64,000 nt of DNA from Candidatus Nanohaloarchaea archaeon (GTDB taxonomy: Archaea; Nanohalarchaeota; Nanosalinia; Nanosalinales; Nanosalinaceae). This document shows, piece after piece, positions 44,891 to 55,062 of this stretch. The DNA lies in contig JBDGRK010000003.1 of NCBI GenBank assembly GCA_042218075.1, positions 1 through 64,000 of the forward strand. Reading direction: 5' to 3'. The notes under the pieces are model-generated. The model was given only the letters and a program-made list of their open reading frames with translations. It made no database searches and had not been told where the DNA came from. Made by a program: the position numbers and the translations under genes. Position 1 is the stretch's first letter. Each line of letters starts with the position of its first letter.

Positions 44891-45628
44891 GTGAAACCTG
44901 CTGACTGCCACTGCCATTTGGACTTTGACAGTTTCGATGGGGATAGAGAGCAGGTTATAGAGAGAAGCCGTGCCGAGCTTGAGTTCGTGGTCAACGCTGG
45001 AAGAGATCCCGAAAGCAACAGGAAATCACTGGAGCTCGAGAAAAGCTACTCAGGTTTCGTAATTGCGAACCTCGGATTACATCCAACCCACACCGATCGC
45101 TTCTCCGAGGTGGAGTATGTTGTAGAGCAGGTGAGGAAGAACGATCCCGCCGCGATTGGAGAGATAGGATTGGATCATCATCACGTTACCGATTCTGAAA
45201 CCCGGGAGAGACAGGAAAAAGTTTTCAGGCAGATGCTGGAACTAGCGGAGGAGCTGGGGAAGCCGGTCGTAGTTCACTCCAGGGAGGCGGAGCAGAAAGC
45301 TGTTGAAATACTTGAGGAACATTCTGTGGATGCAATGCTGCACTGCTTCAACAGAAATCCGGATCTTGCGGAGAGAGCCTCTGAAAACTTCATGATCGGG
45401 GTCACGACACAGGTTCTCTATTCCGGTAAAGTCCGCGAGATCGTTGAAAGAGTAGATTTGGATGACTTGCTTCTCGAGACGGATTCCCCTTTCCTCTATA
45501 GGGATGGAAGAAACGAGCCAGTGAATGTATTGAAGTCTGTGGAGGAAATTGCTGAAATAAAAACTTTAGACGGACAGCAGGTGGTTAAAGCCACAACTGG
45601 AGCAGCTAAAGAGTTTTTCAATCTATAG
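44891..45628 (+). CDS. tatD: TatD-family DNase
   Basis: DCHCH, GLHP, GEIGLD, VHSR, LHCF, ETDSP. Confidence 0.93.
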   Translation: MKPADCHCHLDFDSFDGDREQVIERSRAELEFVVNAGRDPESNRKSLELEKSYSGFVIANLGLHPTHTDRFSEVEYVVEQVRKNDPAAIGEIGLDHHHVTDSETRERQEKVFRQMLELAEELGKPVVVHSREAEQKAVEILEEHSVDAMLHCFNRNPDLAERASENFMIGVTTQVLYSGKVREIVERVDLDDLLLETDSPFLYRDGRNEPVNVLKSVEEIAEIKTLDGQQVVKATTGAAKEFFNL

Positions 45629-45670
45629 AATTCCGAAAATATTTTAATACCAGATAAAAATTTCAATCCT

Positions 45671-46246
45671 ATGATAGAGGACGACGATAATTCTGACATT
45701 ATTGAGGGTGTTGACCTGACAGGCGAAAGCTACTCTGTAAAGCAGAGCATGGTGAGAAACGCCTACAGTGTGCTGGATTCTGAAGGGAGTGAAATACTGG
45801 AGACCAAGCAGAAGCTCTTCAAGATGAAGGAGGAGTTTCCCTTCCTTGATCCGGATGGCGAGGAGGTTTTCAGGGTAAAGGCAGCACAGGTAATGGATAT
45901 TTCAGGGGATTATTCTATTACAGATCCTGAGGGAGAGGAGCTTGCTGTACTTACACAGGATTTCACGATACTTACCCATAGGTGGAGGATAAAGGATTCA
46001 GGAGGAAAGCTTCTGGCAAAGGTGGAGAGCAGGGGAAAAGTTGTTGGGTTGCTGAGGTTTCTCTCGGATATCTTCCAGCTCCTGCCCCACAAGTATACTA
46101 TTGAAGATGAGGGAGGAGAGGAGATCGGGAGTATAAAGGGAAAACTCGGCCTGAGGGATCGCTACGTAATCAATATTGGAGATATAGACAAAAAGGAAAT
46201 CGTGCTCGCAGCAGCCATAACGATCGATGCTCTGGAAGGAAACTGA
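45671..46246 (+). CDS. LURP-one/scramblase family protein
   Basis: VKQ...KQKLFKMKE...RDRY...AITID pattern. Confidence 0.8.
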   Translation: MIEDDDNSDIIEGVDLTGESYSVKQSMVRNAYSVLDSEGSEILETKQKLFKMKEEFPFLDPDGEEVFRVKAAQVMDISGDYSITDPEGEELAVLTQDFTILTHRWRIKDSGGKLLAKVESRGKVVGLLRFLSDIFQLLPHKYTIEDEGGEEIGSIKGKLGLRDRYVINIGDIDKKEIVLAAAITIDALEGN

Positions 46247-46290
46247 GGACTCCAAGAATCTCTTTATAATTTGGGCTGGAAATTAATACT

Positions 46291-46755
46291 ATGGTGCTCG
46301 AAAAATTCAAGGATAAAGTGAAGAGAAGGCCGGATGTGGCCGTTTATGTCGATGGGCCTAATGTCATAAGAAAAGAGTTCGACCTTGATCTCGACAGTTT
46401 GAGGGAAAAAGTTGAAGAATTCGGCAACATAAAGATAGGTGAGGTATTCCTGAACCAGTACGCCTCAGAGAAACTGATCGAGGCGATAGTCTCTCAAGGT
46501 TTCGAGGCCTCCCTAGGACTGGGGGGCGAGAAAGACAAGGAGAGCGACGTTGACGTTTACATGGCGGTTAATGCGATGGAGGCGGTATACAACGATGATA
46601 TAGATGTTATAGCGATTGTGACGAGGGATGCGGATTTCCTGCCGGTGATCCAGAAGGCGAAGGAAAAGGGGAAAGAGACCGTTGTTATAGGCACGGATCC
46701 CGGGTTTTCGACTGCGCTACAGAATGCAGCAGATAATGTACTGGAGCTGGAGTGA
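46291..46755 (+). CDS. NYN-domain protein (TIGR00288-like)
   Basis: YVDGPN, DVDV, TRDADF, GFSTALQNAAD. Confidence 0.9.
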   Translation: MVLEKFKDKVKRRPDVAVYVDGPNVIRKEFDLDLDSLREKVEEFGNIKIGEVFLNQYASEKLIEAIVSQGFEASLGLGGEKDKESDVDVYMAVNAMEAVYNDDIDVIAIVTRDADFLPVIQKAKEKGKETVVIGTDPGFSTALQNAADNVLELE

Positions 46756-46758
46756 GTT

Positions 46759-47070
46759 ATGGCGCCGATAAGACCGAGCATCATAAGTATGTTTGATATT
46801 CTCGCGGGCTTTCTACTGCTCTACACAGAGTCAGCTGTACCATCAGGGTTCGCGAAGATACACGCCAGCTTCCTGATCTTCAAGGGAGTTATCACCCAGT
46901 TTCCAATACCCCCGATACCGCCGCTTTTCATCCTCGGAAGCATAGCAGATTTAATTTCAGCCGCTATCATCTTTACCGGTAATCCGCCGTTTCTTGCGGG
47001 CTACAAGGAAATTATAGCTCTTTTCCTGTTCCAGAAGGGTCTATTCGGTTTCATGACAATGCTCAGTTAA
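46759..47070 (+). CDS. Small membrane protein
   Basis: Hydrophobic, with internally repeated D(I/L)...KG units. Confidence 0.65.
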   Translation: MAPIRPSIISMFDILAGFLLLYTESAVPSGFAKIHASFLIFKGVITQFPIPPIPPLFILGSIADLISAAIIFTGNPPFLAGYKEIIALFLFQKGLFGFMTMLS

Positions 47071-47228
47071 GCCCGGTAATGCCTGATAAGCTCTTCCACC
47101 ATCCTTTTCTTCAGGGCTCCTGAATCAGTACCCGAGTCTAACCGTTCCAGGACCTCTTCCAGTTCGCTGACCTTCTCTTCGTCCGGTAATTCCTCGAAGT
47201 CCTGAGGTAGTTCTGACTCTATCTCCAT
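47067..47228 (-). CDS. Small hypothetical protein (53 aa)
   Basis: MEIESELPQDFEELPDEEK...; starts 1 nt after the upstream stop; host-like codons. Confidence 0.55.
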   Translation of the reverse strand: MEIESELPQDFEELPDEEKVSELEEVLERLDSGTDSGALKKRMVEELIRHYRA

Positions 47229-47229
47229 C

Positions 47230-47709
47230 CTATCTTCCGAGCTGTTCCAGGTTCCTGTTTATCCTTTTCAATAGTTCGATTATCTGCTGGTTCTGTGACT
47301 TGAGCTCTTCAATACCTTTGCTGCTTTCAGCCACAGAATCACGTCTATTTCTGTCTGCCTGTCTCTGCTTGTTCTGGAGTCCTGCGTTCTCCATCTCTCT
47401 CCTTGTCTGATTACTTACCTGGGGTCTCGCGCTTCCCTCCTGCGGTCTTCCTGCCTGAGCGTTGGGGTGCTGGTCCTGAGTCCTTCCCTGGCGCATGGTA
47501 TCGCTTGAGGCCGAATCTGGCTTCTGTCTGCGCTGGCTCCGGGGCTGGTTCCCTGAATTCGATCTCTGGCTTCCAATATCCCCTCCAGTATCCGGATCGG
47601 AATCGAAAGAATCGCCTGTATCGAATGAATCCGTGGAGGGCCGCGATCTGTTTCCAGATCCTGAAGAACCCCTGTCGAGAGTATCTTTTATATCATCGAC
47701 AAAACTCAT
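47230..47709 (-). CDS. Disordered protein with C-terminal coiled coil
   Basis: S/D/Q/R-rich low complexity, then IEELKSQNQQIIELLKRINRNLE. Confidence 0.7.
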   Translation of the reverse strand: MSFVDDIKDTLDRGSSGSGNRSRPSTDSFDTGDSFDSDPDTGGDIGSQRSNSGNQPRSQRRQKPDSASSDTMRQGRTQDQHPNAQAGRPQEGSARPQVSNQTRREMENAGLQNKQRQADRNRRDSVAESSKGIEELKSQNQQIIELLKRINRNLEQLGR

Positions 47710-47800
47710 GCTCTAAATAAATATTTTCCGGTTGAAAAGGTTTCCCCCTACTGACTGTTACTTAGTGTATTTTAAGTAGAGCCAGACCCAACTAGAAGCT

Positions 47801-49447
47801 ATGAGCGAAGGCTCCCACCAGATGCCCGAGTTCGGCCATGTCTTCGAGGTGTACGATGAGGATGATGAGGAAGAGACGCCTCCGCCTGGAGAGGGACTGA
47901 GGGAGAAGATCAGGAAGGGTGAGATAAGAGATCTGGAAGAGCTGAAGGAAGTGAACCCTGAGGGATACTTCCTCAGACCGATAATGGGGGATCCGTACAA
48001 GACTGTAAAGATAAAGTCAGGTACCCAGGGAACACCCATAATGTTTATACTCAGCGCGGCAGACAAGTTTGATGACGACTGGGACTGGACTTCCGAGAAG
48101 ACCGAGGACAAGTTCTTCTTCTCGCCTAGAAGTAACATGCACAACGAGTTCACCCAGAGGAGGCAGCAGGCCGAGCAGAACGTCAGGCAGGCGATGCAGG
48201 GACTTGAGCAGCTCAGGAAGGACAAGCACATGCTGCAGCATGATATCAGGAAGCTCAGGAGCAAGGCAGAAGACATGAGGACTGGCGAGGAGACAAGTAT
48301 AAAGGGCGATTTTATTGAGCTGGTTGACGGTGCAGGGGGAGCAGGCCAGCAGGGCGGAGACGAGGCCTCTCTGAAGTTCTACAGGGACCAGAACTTCTAT
48401 CCCTCGATCGTGGCGGACTTCAACGAGATGGATTCGGTCGAAAACCTTGAGGGAGACGGACCGCTCGCCGACCTACCTGAGAACGAGAAGGCTATACTGA
48501 AGAAGAAGTACACGATGTACGAGAAGTGGAAGGATCTCTACGGCAGCGAGATCCAGAGGAAGCTTGAGGATCTGAAGAAGGAGTTGAGAAGGGTTGAGGC
48601 AGCACTGGAGGAGCAAAAGCAGCAGATAGCCCCCTATGTGAGGGACCTGGTGATGATCAATGAGAAGAGCCAGGAGGATCTTGCTGCTGATATAACGAGA
48701 TACATGACTTTCGAGGGATACTCCACAGAGTTCAGGCAAGTCGAGTACATCTGCTACCAGCCCTTCGAGAACGAGGAGGGCAACCTTGAGAGGGTTGAAG
48801 ATGAGGATGAAGCTACTCATTACCAGGTCGTTTACCTTCACTGTGTCCATGTAAATATAACAGGTGGAGAGGAACCCAGGACTCCCAAGGAGGGTCCGAC
48901 TGTGGCCAAGGTTTACTGGTTTCCAGCGATAGTCGACAAGTTTGTGTTCGAGCGATTTTTCCAGCAGAAGATTGAGAGAAAGGCCAACAAGTTCGAAAAC
49001 CTGATGAAGGATTACACTGGAAGCTTCGAGAACGATGAGGGAGAAGAGTTCAGGGAGAAGAGGGAGGCTGCAGGACTCCCGGTCAGGGAGCTGAGGCAGA
49101 AGGTGGGCGAGAAGCTGGATGAGAGACCTCCTCTCGAGTTTTCTTCGACAATAAGGAGGATAGAGGATGGATTTGAATCACCTTCAAAGATAGCCGAGGA
49201 ATATGGAGAAGAGTACCTGGAAGCGGTCGACGAGCTTCTTGACACGAGCTACGCAGTGGAAGAGGAGAAAGGTCCTGAAACCGTCTCCAAGTTCCAGAAG
49301 AAGCTGAAGGTTTTCACTGGCAAAACTGACGATTACTACATGAGTGATGAACAGATGAGCGAGAACTTCCGCGACTTCACTGGCAAAATCAAGTTCAACT
49401 ACTACTGGGATTTCAAGCTCAATTTCGGAATGTACACTACGAAATAA
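47801..49447 (+). CDS. Uncharacterised coiled-coil protein with XRE-like HTH
   Basis: Two coiled coils; REKREAAGLPVRELRQKVG...STIRRIEDG; strong host codon bias. Confidence 0.8.
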   Translation: MSEGSHQMPEFGHVFEVYDEDDEEETPPPGEGLREKIRKGEIRDLEELKEVNPEGYFLRPIMGDPYKTVKIKSGTQGTPIMFILSAADKFDDDWDWTSEKTEDKFFFSPRSNMHNEFTQRRQQAEQNVRQAMQGLEQLRKDKHMLQHDIRKLRSKAEDMRTGEETSIKGDFIELVDGAGGAGQQGGDEASLKFYRDQNFYPSIVADFNEMDSVENLEGDGPLADLPENEKAILKKKYTMYEKWKDLYGSEIQRKLEDLKKELRRVEAALEEQKQQIAPYVRDLVMINEKSQEDLAADITRYMTFEGYSTEFRQVEYICYQPFENEEGNLERVEDEDEATHYQVVYLHCVHVNITGGEEPRTPKEGPTVAKVYWFPAIVDKFVFERFFQQKIERKANKFENLMKDYTGSFENDEGEEFREKREAAGLPVRELRQKVGEKLDERPPLEFSSTIRRIEDGFESPSKIAEEYGEEYLEAVDELLDTSYAVEEEKGPETVSKFQKKLKVFTGKTDDYYMSDEQMSENFRDFTGKIKFNYYWDFKLNFGMYTTK

Positions 49448-51903
49448 TGGGAAAATACATACTGGGAAGGCTGAAAGAGAAGTTTGAAATCGGAGAGGAG
49501 GAGAGCCAGGAAGGCTTTCCCGACATGAATTATATTGTGGGTAATACAACGGGTAAAGATATTGGAGGGGAACCAAAAGTCCTTCACAGGAGAGTTGGAA
49601 GATTTGCTCAACTCGGAGGGAGCGTGGCAGAAATACTTATCGATAATCCTGCGACCTTTCAGGTTGAAAGAGAGGGGCTGCTTAATGTGCTTGAACAACT
49701 AAATTTGGATGCCTCTTTCCATGGTGATGCCAATCTAGGTTTTACAGCCGCCTATGCGACGAGAGCACAGGGGGTCAATTACGGATACAATTTAGCCCAC
49801 AGGTATTTCACGAGATTTCTTGAACAGCTTGCGAGTTTCAAGAGTGTAGTTGACAGAGGGGAATACAGATTTGAAACTGAATACGTGAATATGCACGCTT
49901 CAACAGCTCAGGCACCGCCTTTAGAGGAACAAATCCCCAGCGACAAGGTAATGGATCCTTTCGGTTACCCCTTGAGCAATGTAAGCGACCAGAACGGCGG
50001 TAAAAAAGTGAACATCTATGCCAACAAGGATTTCATGGAAAAAATAGTTGAATTCCTCCTTATACCTTATGTAAGAGATGTTGAAGTTTATCAGGGTCTT
50101 TCCCAAATTAATGAGAAGTTTGAGAGGGAATGGCAGGATTGTAGAGAGGATGAATTGAATAAAAAATGGGGTAATCTGCGGGGAGAAATTAAAAAGAAAG
50201 CTTCTGTTATACAGAACTCAAGACGAGTAGATCAGGAGATTGATTACGAGTTTGAATCTGAGGCAGAATCAGTAGAAATAGGGCCCATTAACCCTGAGGA
50301 GGATTTTGAAGAAGCGGCTCAGGAGCCTCCAGAAATTGAAAATCTTCGGGATATTTTCAGAAATGTTACAAGCCTTGTCAGGAGAGTTAGAGAGGTGAAA
50401 GAGAACAAATCGGTCGAGCAGAATTTTGGTGGGGGGAGGATAACTTACAATCTTGAGGATGATTACGATGATATTATCGGGAAGCTCGAAAATGTACTTG
50501 ATGAACTCTGGGAAGGAGAAGATGGTCTAAATTTCGAGGCTAAACAGAGCGCTCTGATAAATACTATTGACTATCTCCAGCAGGATGATATACTGGAAGA
50601 TGCTGCCGATGAAGGTATAAAGGAGGTTGCCGGGAAAGCTTTCGCCTGTAAAGAAGAGTTTGAAGGAATTCCAGAGGAAAGATTTCAGCGTTTTTTGGAG
50701 AAGACGAGAGCCGGCCGACAGGTAGAAAGAGAAATGGAGAAGGAATCAACTGCTTATTATCGTTTAATTCCAATCTGGTTAAGATATTCAGATCAGGATT
50801 ATGGTGAAAAACATCCTGGATGGGACGAACTGAAGTTCATCTGGGATACTATTGTAGGAAATAATGAAGACTATGAAAGCTATTTTGAATCAAGAGAGAA
50901 GTTCAGGGAAGCCCTTTCAGAAGACAAAGATTTTAGATCCGATATTACTGCAGCTGTAGGTTCTGCGTACTTGTGGGGTCATTTTACCCAGAGAGAAACG
51001 GATTTTGAATCCGACAAGCCTCGTGGTCCAGAGGAATGGGAGGGAGATGTAGATGAGTGGACTTCTTCTCATGATAAGTGGACTTGGGTGGAGTATATGA
51101 ACCAGTACGGATTGACAGTTAATATAGAATCAATGTATGGAGATCCAAGCAGTATTCTTAGATTGTGGAGGCCAAAAGATATTGCTGTAGCCTGTAGAGC
51201 AGTGAATAGAACTGCACAAAAACAATTTGAGGGATGGGAGCAGGATGAATATAGAGGACCATTTACCAAATTTACGATCGACCTCGAACACACAGCTTCA
51301 TTCGGTGTTGATCCAGAGCGGGAAATAGAAATCTTCTTCGATCAGGAAAGGGAACTTGCAGAGTCAGGTGAGATTGATGTTGAACCTGAGAAAGCTGTTT
51401 CTGATATACTGAAAACTTACCACCTGACAAAGCCCGGATTTGAACAGACAGGAGGTGTAGGTCACAGACATGGCCCTTTCAGCAGAGGTGATACAGTGCT
51501 CTATAGATATCTCTACAATCTCGTGGAGGCAGGTTTCTGCCGGAATCAGGATGATCCTGGAATAGTGATGTTTGAAATTGGAGGAGATTATCAGGAGGAG
51601 ATTTACATGATAAGAATAGCCATGAACATGATAGAACTTGGGATAGAGCCTGAAGAGGTGAAGGCCGAGAATGTGGATCCTTCAAAGGATCGCTACGAGG
51701 ATGAAAGGGAGGCTTTACTCGCAAGATTCTTCGGGCTCGATAAGCCCAACGTTGACAGGGAGTGGGCCAAGATCGAGGAGCACGCCTTTGACCCGCTTGA
51801 CGGATTGCTGGAGGCGGAAGGCTTCGACAATACCTATTCCGGCGGAGCGGCGCTGGAAAACGAGAACCGTCCCCAGGAATGGAAACAGGAAGAGTTCAAG
51901 TAA
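49447..51903 (+). CDS. AP-endonuclease-2/xylose-isomerase-like TIM barrel with large helical insertion
   Basis: Metal-ligand strands in order: SFHG, NMHAS, NIES, TIDLEH, YHL, HRHGP, MFEI; TAATG overlap with the upstream gene. Confidence 0.65.
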   Translation: MGKYILGRLKEKFEIGEEESQEGFPDMNYIVGNTTGKDIGGEPKVLHRRVGRFAQLGGSVAEILIDNPATFQVEREGLLNVLEQLNLDASFHGDANLGFTAAYATRAQGVNYGYNLAHRYFTRFLEQLASFKSVVDRGEYRFETEYVNMHASTAQAPPLEEQIPSDKVMDPFGYPLSNVSDQNGGKKVNIYANKDFMEKIVEFLLIPYVRDVEVYQGLSQINEKFEREWQDCREDELNKKWGNLRGEIKKKASVIQNSRRVDQEIDYEFESEAESVEIGPINPEEDFEEAAQEPPEIENLRDIFRNVTSLVRRVREVKENKSVEQNFGGGRITYNLEDDYDDIIGKLENVLDELWEGEDGLNFEAKQSALINTIDYLQQDDILEDAADEGIKEVAGKAFACKEEFEGIPEERFQRFLEKTRAGRQVEREMEKESTAYYRLIPIWLRYSDQDYGEKHPGWDELKFIWDTIVGNNEDYESYFESREKFREALSEDKDFRSDITAAVGSAYLWGHFTQRETDFESDKPRGPEEWEGDVDEWTSSHDKWTWVEYMNQYGLTVNIESMYGDPSSILRLWRPKDIAVACRAVNRTAQKQFEGWEQDEYRGPFTKFTIDLEHTASFGVDPEREIEIFFDQERELAESGEIDVEPEKAVSDILKTYHLTKPGFEQTGGVGHRHGPFSRGDTVLYRYLYNLVEAGFCRNQDDPGIVMFEIGGDYQEEIYMIRIAMNMIELGIEPEEVKAENVDPSKDRYEDEREALLARFFGLDKPNVDREWAKIEEHAFDPLDGLLEAEGFDNTYSGGAALENENRPQEWKQEEFK

Positions 51904-51974
51904 ATTATTTACTCAAGAGTAACAATAATTCAGTAAAGTTTTTAAGGGTGAGGGTTCAACCTTTAGACGTGACC

Positions 51975-53231
51975 ATGAGTTCTAAAGAAAAAATGAAGGA
52001 GATGCGCGAAAAGTCCAAGGAGAGAAGAATGGAGGCTGCTGAAGAATTTTCAGATAAACTGGAGGAAAAACTGGGCGATAAACTGAAGGTAGTAGCTGTC
52101 TGGGGCAGTGTTCCTCAGGGTGAGCACGGATACGACTCTGATATTGATACACTTGTAATTCTGGACGATACCAAGCTGAAGAAAGATGTTCCGAAAGATG
52201 CACGGAAGAAGATAAGAAAGAAGGTAAACGACGCGGCCAAAGAGACTGATGAACGGATCACACTCCAGTACTTCCCATTTCTTACAGAGTTCTGGGACTC
52301 TCTCAGGAAGGGAGAACCGCTAGCGATTGAGGCGGTCAGGAACGGTGAACCCGTGTACGATACAGGTATATTCATGCCCGCGAAGCGTCTCCTGGAGAGG
52401 GGAAAGATCAAGGCCACTCGAGAGACTGTAAAGAAGAGGTTGAAGATGGCCGCGGCGGGATACAAGAAAGCGGAGAAAGACTTCAAGCAGTCGATCCCCC
52501 ACAAGCTGGAGCAGGTTATGGCTAACGCCGGACAGGCACCCATAATGCTAGTTGGCAAAAATCCGCCAGCAAAGGAGAAAGTTCCGGATACCCTTGAAGA
52601 GATGTTTGTGGAGAAGGATATGCTTGAGCCTGAATACGTGGACATGGCCCAGGACCTGTACGACTTCGGCAACAAGGGAGAGAAGGAATCCGATAAAGTC
52701 AAGGGAGAAGAAGTGGAGGAGCACCTTGAGAAAGCTGACGACTTCGTTAGGAGGATGCACAAGCTTGTATCCCAGCTTGGAGCCAAGAAGAAGGTCAAGA
52801 ATATAGTGGACGATTACAAGAGGTTCCTGAAGGCTAACGTTGCGATGCTGAAATCCCAGGGGATTGAACCTCCCGAAGACAGAGATGATCTGCCTGAGGT
52901 TGTCAGGGAAGAACTTGAAGTCGATGAAGACCACATGGAGATGTTCGAGAAGTGGGAGCAGATCATCGAGAAGGTCAAAGACAAGGATATGGAGGAAGTC
53001 AACGACAAGGAGCTCTACGAGCTGAAGCAGGATACAAAGGAGTTCGTCTCGAAGGTCGGAAAGGACCTCAAGGAAGCCAAGGAGGAAGAGAAGGAGGCCG
53101 AACAGATGACTCCGGAGATGGATACTTCTTCAATCGCCCAGGCAGCAGATACTGAGGATATGGTGCCCAACCTGGAGGAGAAGGCGGAGCAGGAAGTAGA
53201 GTCAGATGAAGAAGAGGAGAAAGAGGAATAG
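51975..53231 (+). CDS. Nucleotidyltransferase (MNT) with HEPN-like helical domain(s)
   Basis: VWGSV...SDIDTLVILDD followed by helical bundles and an acidic tail. Confidence 0.8.
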   Translation: MSSKEKMKEMREKSKERRMEAAEEFSDKLEEKLGDKLKVVAVWGSVPQGEHGYDSDIDTLVILDDTKLKKDVPKDARKKIRKKVNDAAKETDERITLQYFPFLTEFWDSLRKGEPLAIEAVRNGEPVYDTGIFMPAKRLLERGKIKATRETVKKRLKMAAAGYKKAEKDFKQSIPHKLEQVMANAGQAPIMLVGKNPPAKEKVPDTLEEMFVEKDMLEPEYVDMAQDLYDFGNKGEKESDKVKGEEVEEHLEKADDFVRRMHKLVSQLGAKKKVKNIVDDYKRFLKANVAMLKSQGIEPPEDRDDLPEVVREELEVDEDHMEMFEKWEQIIEKVKDKDMEEVNDKELYELKQDTKEFVSKVGKDLKEAKEEEKEAEQMTPEMDTSSIAQAADTEDMVPNLEEKAEQEVESDEEEEKEE

Positions 53232-53580
53232 AATTCTTCCGGGTTCTTTTCTTCTATTTCAGTTGTCAAAGATTATATCTTCTCCGGTCGAGCCTTTGTT
53301 CAGGTAGTGGACTTTTGGACGGTATATGATATCGATACAACTAAAGTTTCTTCACCAGTTATCCTTTCGTATTCCTCCAGAACTCTTACCAGGTCTTCAT
53401 ATACTTCAAGGGATCCTAGGGCAACTAGCGCGTCAAAGCTGCTTTTTCATTGAAGGAACGTACCTGTCGTTTGCTGTATTTCTGGCTCTCCAGCATCCTC
53501 GATAGAGACATGTTCTCACTTCAATATAACAACTTTAAATAATCGCCTAGCTCGATATTCATAGACTACAGCTAAAGTTA

Positions 53581-53703
53581 TCAATCAGTTGAAACTGTTT
53601 CACCGCATTTGATGCATTCCTTTAATCCGGTTTCATCTTCCACGAACTCGTGGCCTCTTGCCCTGTAACATTTTCCGACTTCACGTGCAAATCCTCCGCT
53701 CAT
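53581..53703 (-). CDS. Small putative zinc-binding protein (40 aa)
   Basis: C-x5-H...CIKCG. Confidence 0.45.
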   Translation of the reverse strand: MSGGFAREVGKCYRARGHEFVEDETGLKECIKCGETVSTD

Positions 53704-53833
53704 TAGATTATCAAATTTGGATGAATTCAGTTTATAATGAAGCGGGAAAGATGCCGGAAGTTCCGCCAAACCTGAAGGTTTTTGAAGATGGAAGTTTTCT
53801 GTCTTCCCACAATCAATTATACGTCCGAAAGGC

Positions 53834-54241
53834 ATGTATTTAGTGATGGCTATTGAAAGAGTACTCTACATCTGTACCGGGAACAGTTTCAGGAGTCCTG
53901 CGGCCGAAGCCCTGACAAGGAAGTATTATCCTGATCTGGAGCTTGAATCGGCTGGTACTGAAGCTACCGATCACATCGCCAAGAACATGAAGAGACTGCT
54001 GACTGAAGAAGGTGCGATTCAGTACGTTAAACCTCAACCGGACCAGGTTTCTGAAAGAGCAGTTAATCAGGCGGACAGGATCGTCTGCATGATGCCTGAG
54101 CACAGGGAATTTCTAATGGAAAACTTCGATGTAGAGGAAGAGAAGATCCAAGTCTGGAACATAGAAGATCCGATCAGGCCGCATGTGAGTGTTAGTGAAG
54201 CTTTTGAACAGATTGAAAATGAGGTAAAGAATTTATTTTGA
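53834..54241 (+). CDS. LMW phosphotyrosine phosphatase / ArsC family protein
   Basis: CTGNSFRS P-loop, SAGT, WNIEDP. Confidence 0.9.
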   Translation: MYLVMAIERVLYICTGNSFRSPAAEALTRKYYPDLELESAGTEATDHIAKNMKRLLTEEGAIQYVKPQPDQVSERAVNQADRIVCMMPEHREFLMENFDVEEEKIQVWNIEDPIRPHVSVSEAFEQIENEVKNLF

Positions 54242-54263
54242 AACTATCAACTATTAAACGAAT

Positions 54264-54968
54264 TCACTGTCTTATGTCACCCGCCCATTTTTCTATAAGT
54301 TCTTCGTGCTCATTTTCATCGTCAATATTTTCCCTTATTTCTTCTGCTGTGACTTCAGGTTCTCTCGTCTCTATTTTATCTTCTCCACGTATGATATCAT
54401 CAAAATTGTAGACTATCCTATCTGCGTAAATCATTATTTCTCTCAACGACTGCATTTTTGAAAAATCATCCTTGAAGCGGGAATTCACGAGTCTCAGGTC
54501 ATCGTATATAGTATCGGTTCCCATCCTATATTCCCTATTTCTTACAGTTCCTCTATTATTGTTTTCTGCTATTTTCCTTAACCTTGTCTTTCTGGATTCT
54601 ATTTCCGTTACCATTTCCTCTATCGTTCTCTCCTCCCAAAAATTCTCCTCTACTTTTTCTACTTCAAAAGTTAGGGTTTCTTCAATCTCGTGTCTCAACT
54701 TATTCATTTTTGGCACATATTTCCTAATTACTTGAGATATTTCCCTACCTTCTTCATATTCTCGACCTGCATCTACCATCAAGTGGTCTATAGCTTTGGT
54801 ATAATTGTTTAAATCCTCGAAAATTTCCGGGCTCGCATCAGCCACAATTTCAGTATAGGATTGCACCAATCCCTTGAAGTCTCTCAGATACCTTATCATT
54901 TCATCCCTGCTTCTTCTATCCGCATTCCTTTCATTCGGTCTTCTTCTGTCATCCCGGTCATCGAGCAT
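54264..54968 (-). CDS. Hypothetical helical protein
   Basis: 234-aa AT-rich ORF with own TTATA promoter. Confidence 0.6.
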   Translation of the reverse strand: MLDDRDDRRRPNERNADRRSRDEMIRYLRDFKGLVQSYTEIVADASPEIFEDLNNYTKAIDHLMVDAGREYEEGREISQVIRKYVPKMNKLRHEIEETLTFEVEKVEENFWEERTIEEMVTEIESRKTRLRKIAENNNRGTVRNREYRMGTDTIYDDLRLVNSRFKDDFSKMQSLREIMIYADRIVYNFDDIIRGEDKIETREPEVTAEEIRENIDDENEHEELIEKWAGDIRQ

Positions 54969-55062
54969 GAGCCTGGTTTAGTTATTAAGGTATAATAACT
55001 TGACTGAATAAGTCTTGAGAAATTATTTTCAAGATTTCTAAACCTCTCCTACAATTAGTAAA

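Noticed and set aside
53275-53530. Possible gene remnant on the minus strand
   Set aside because: Several stops and no recognisable family; cannot be supported
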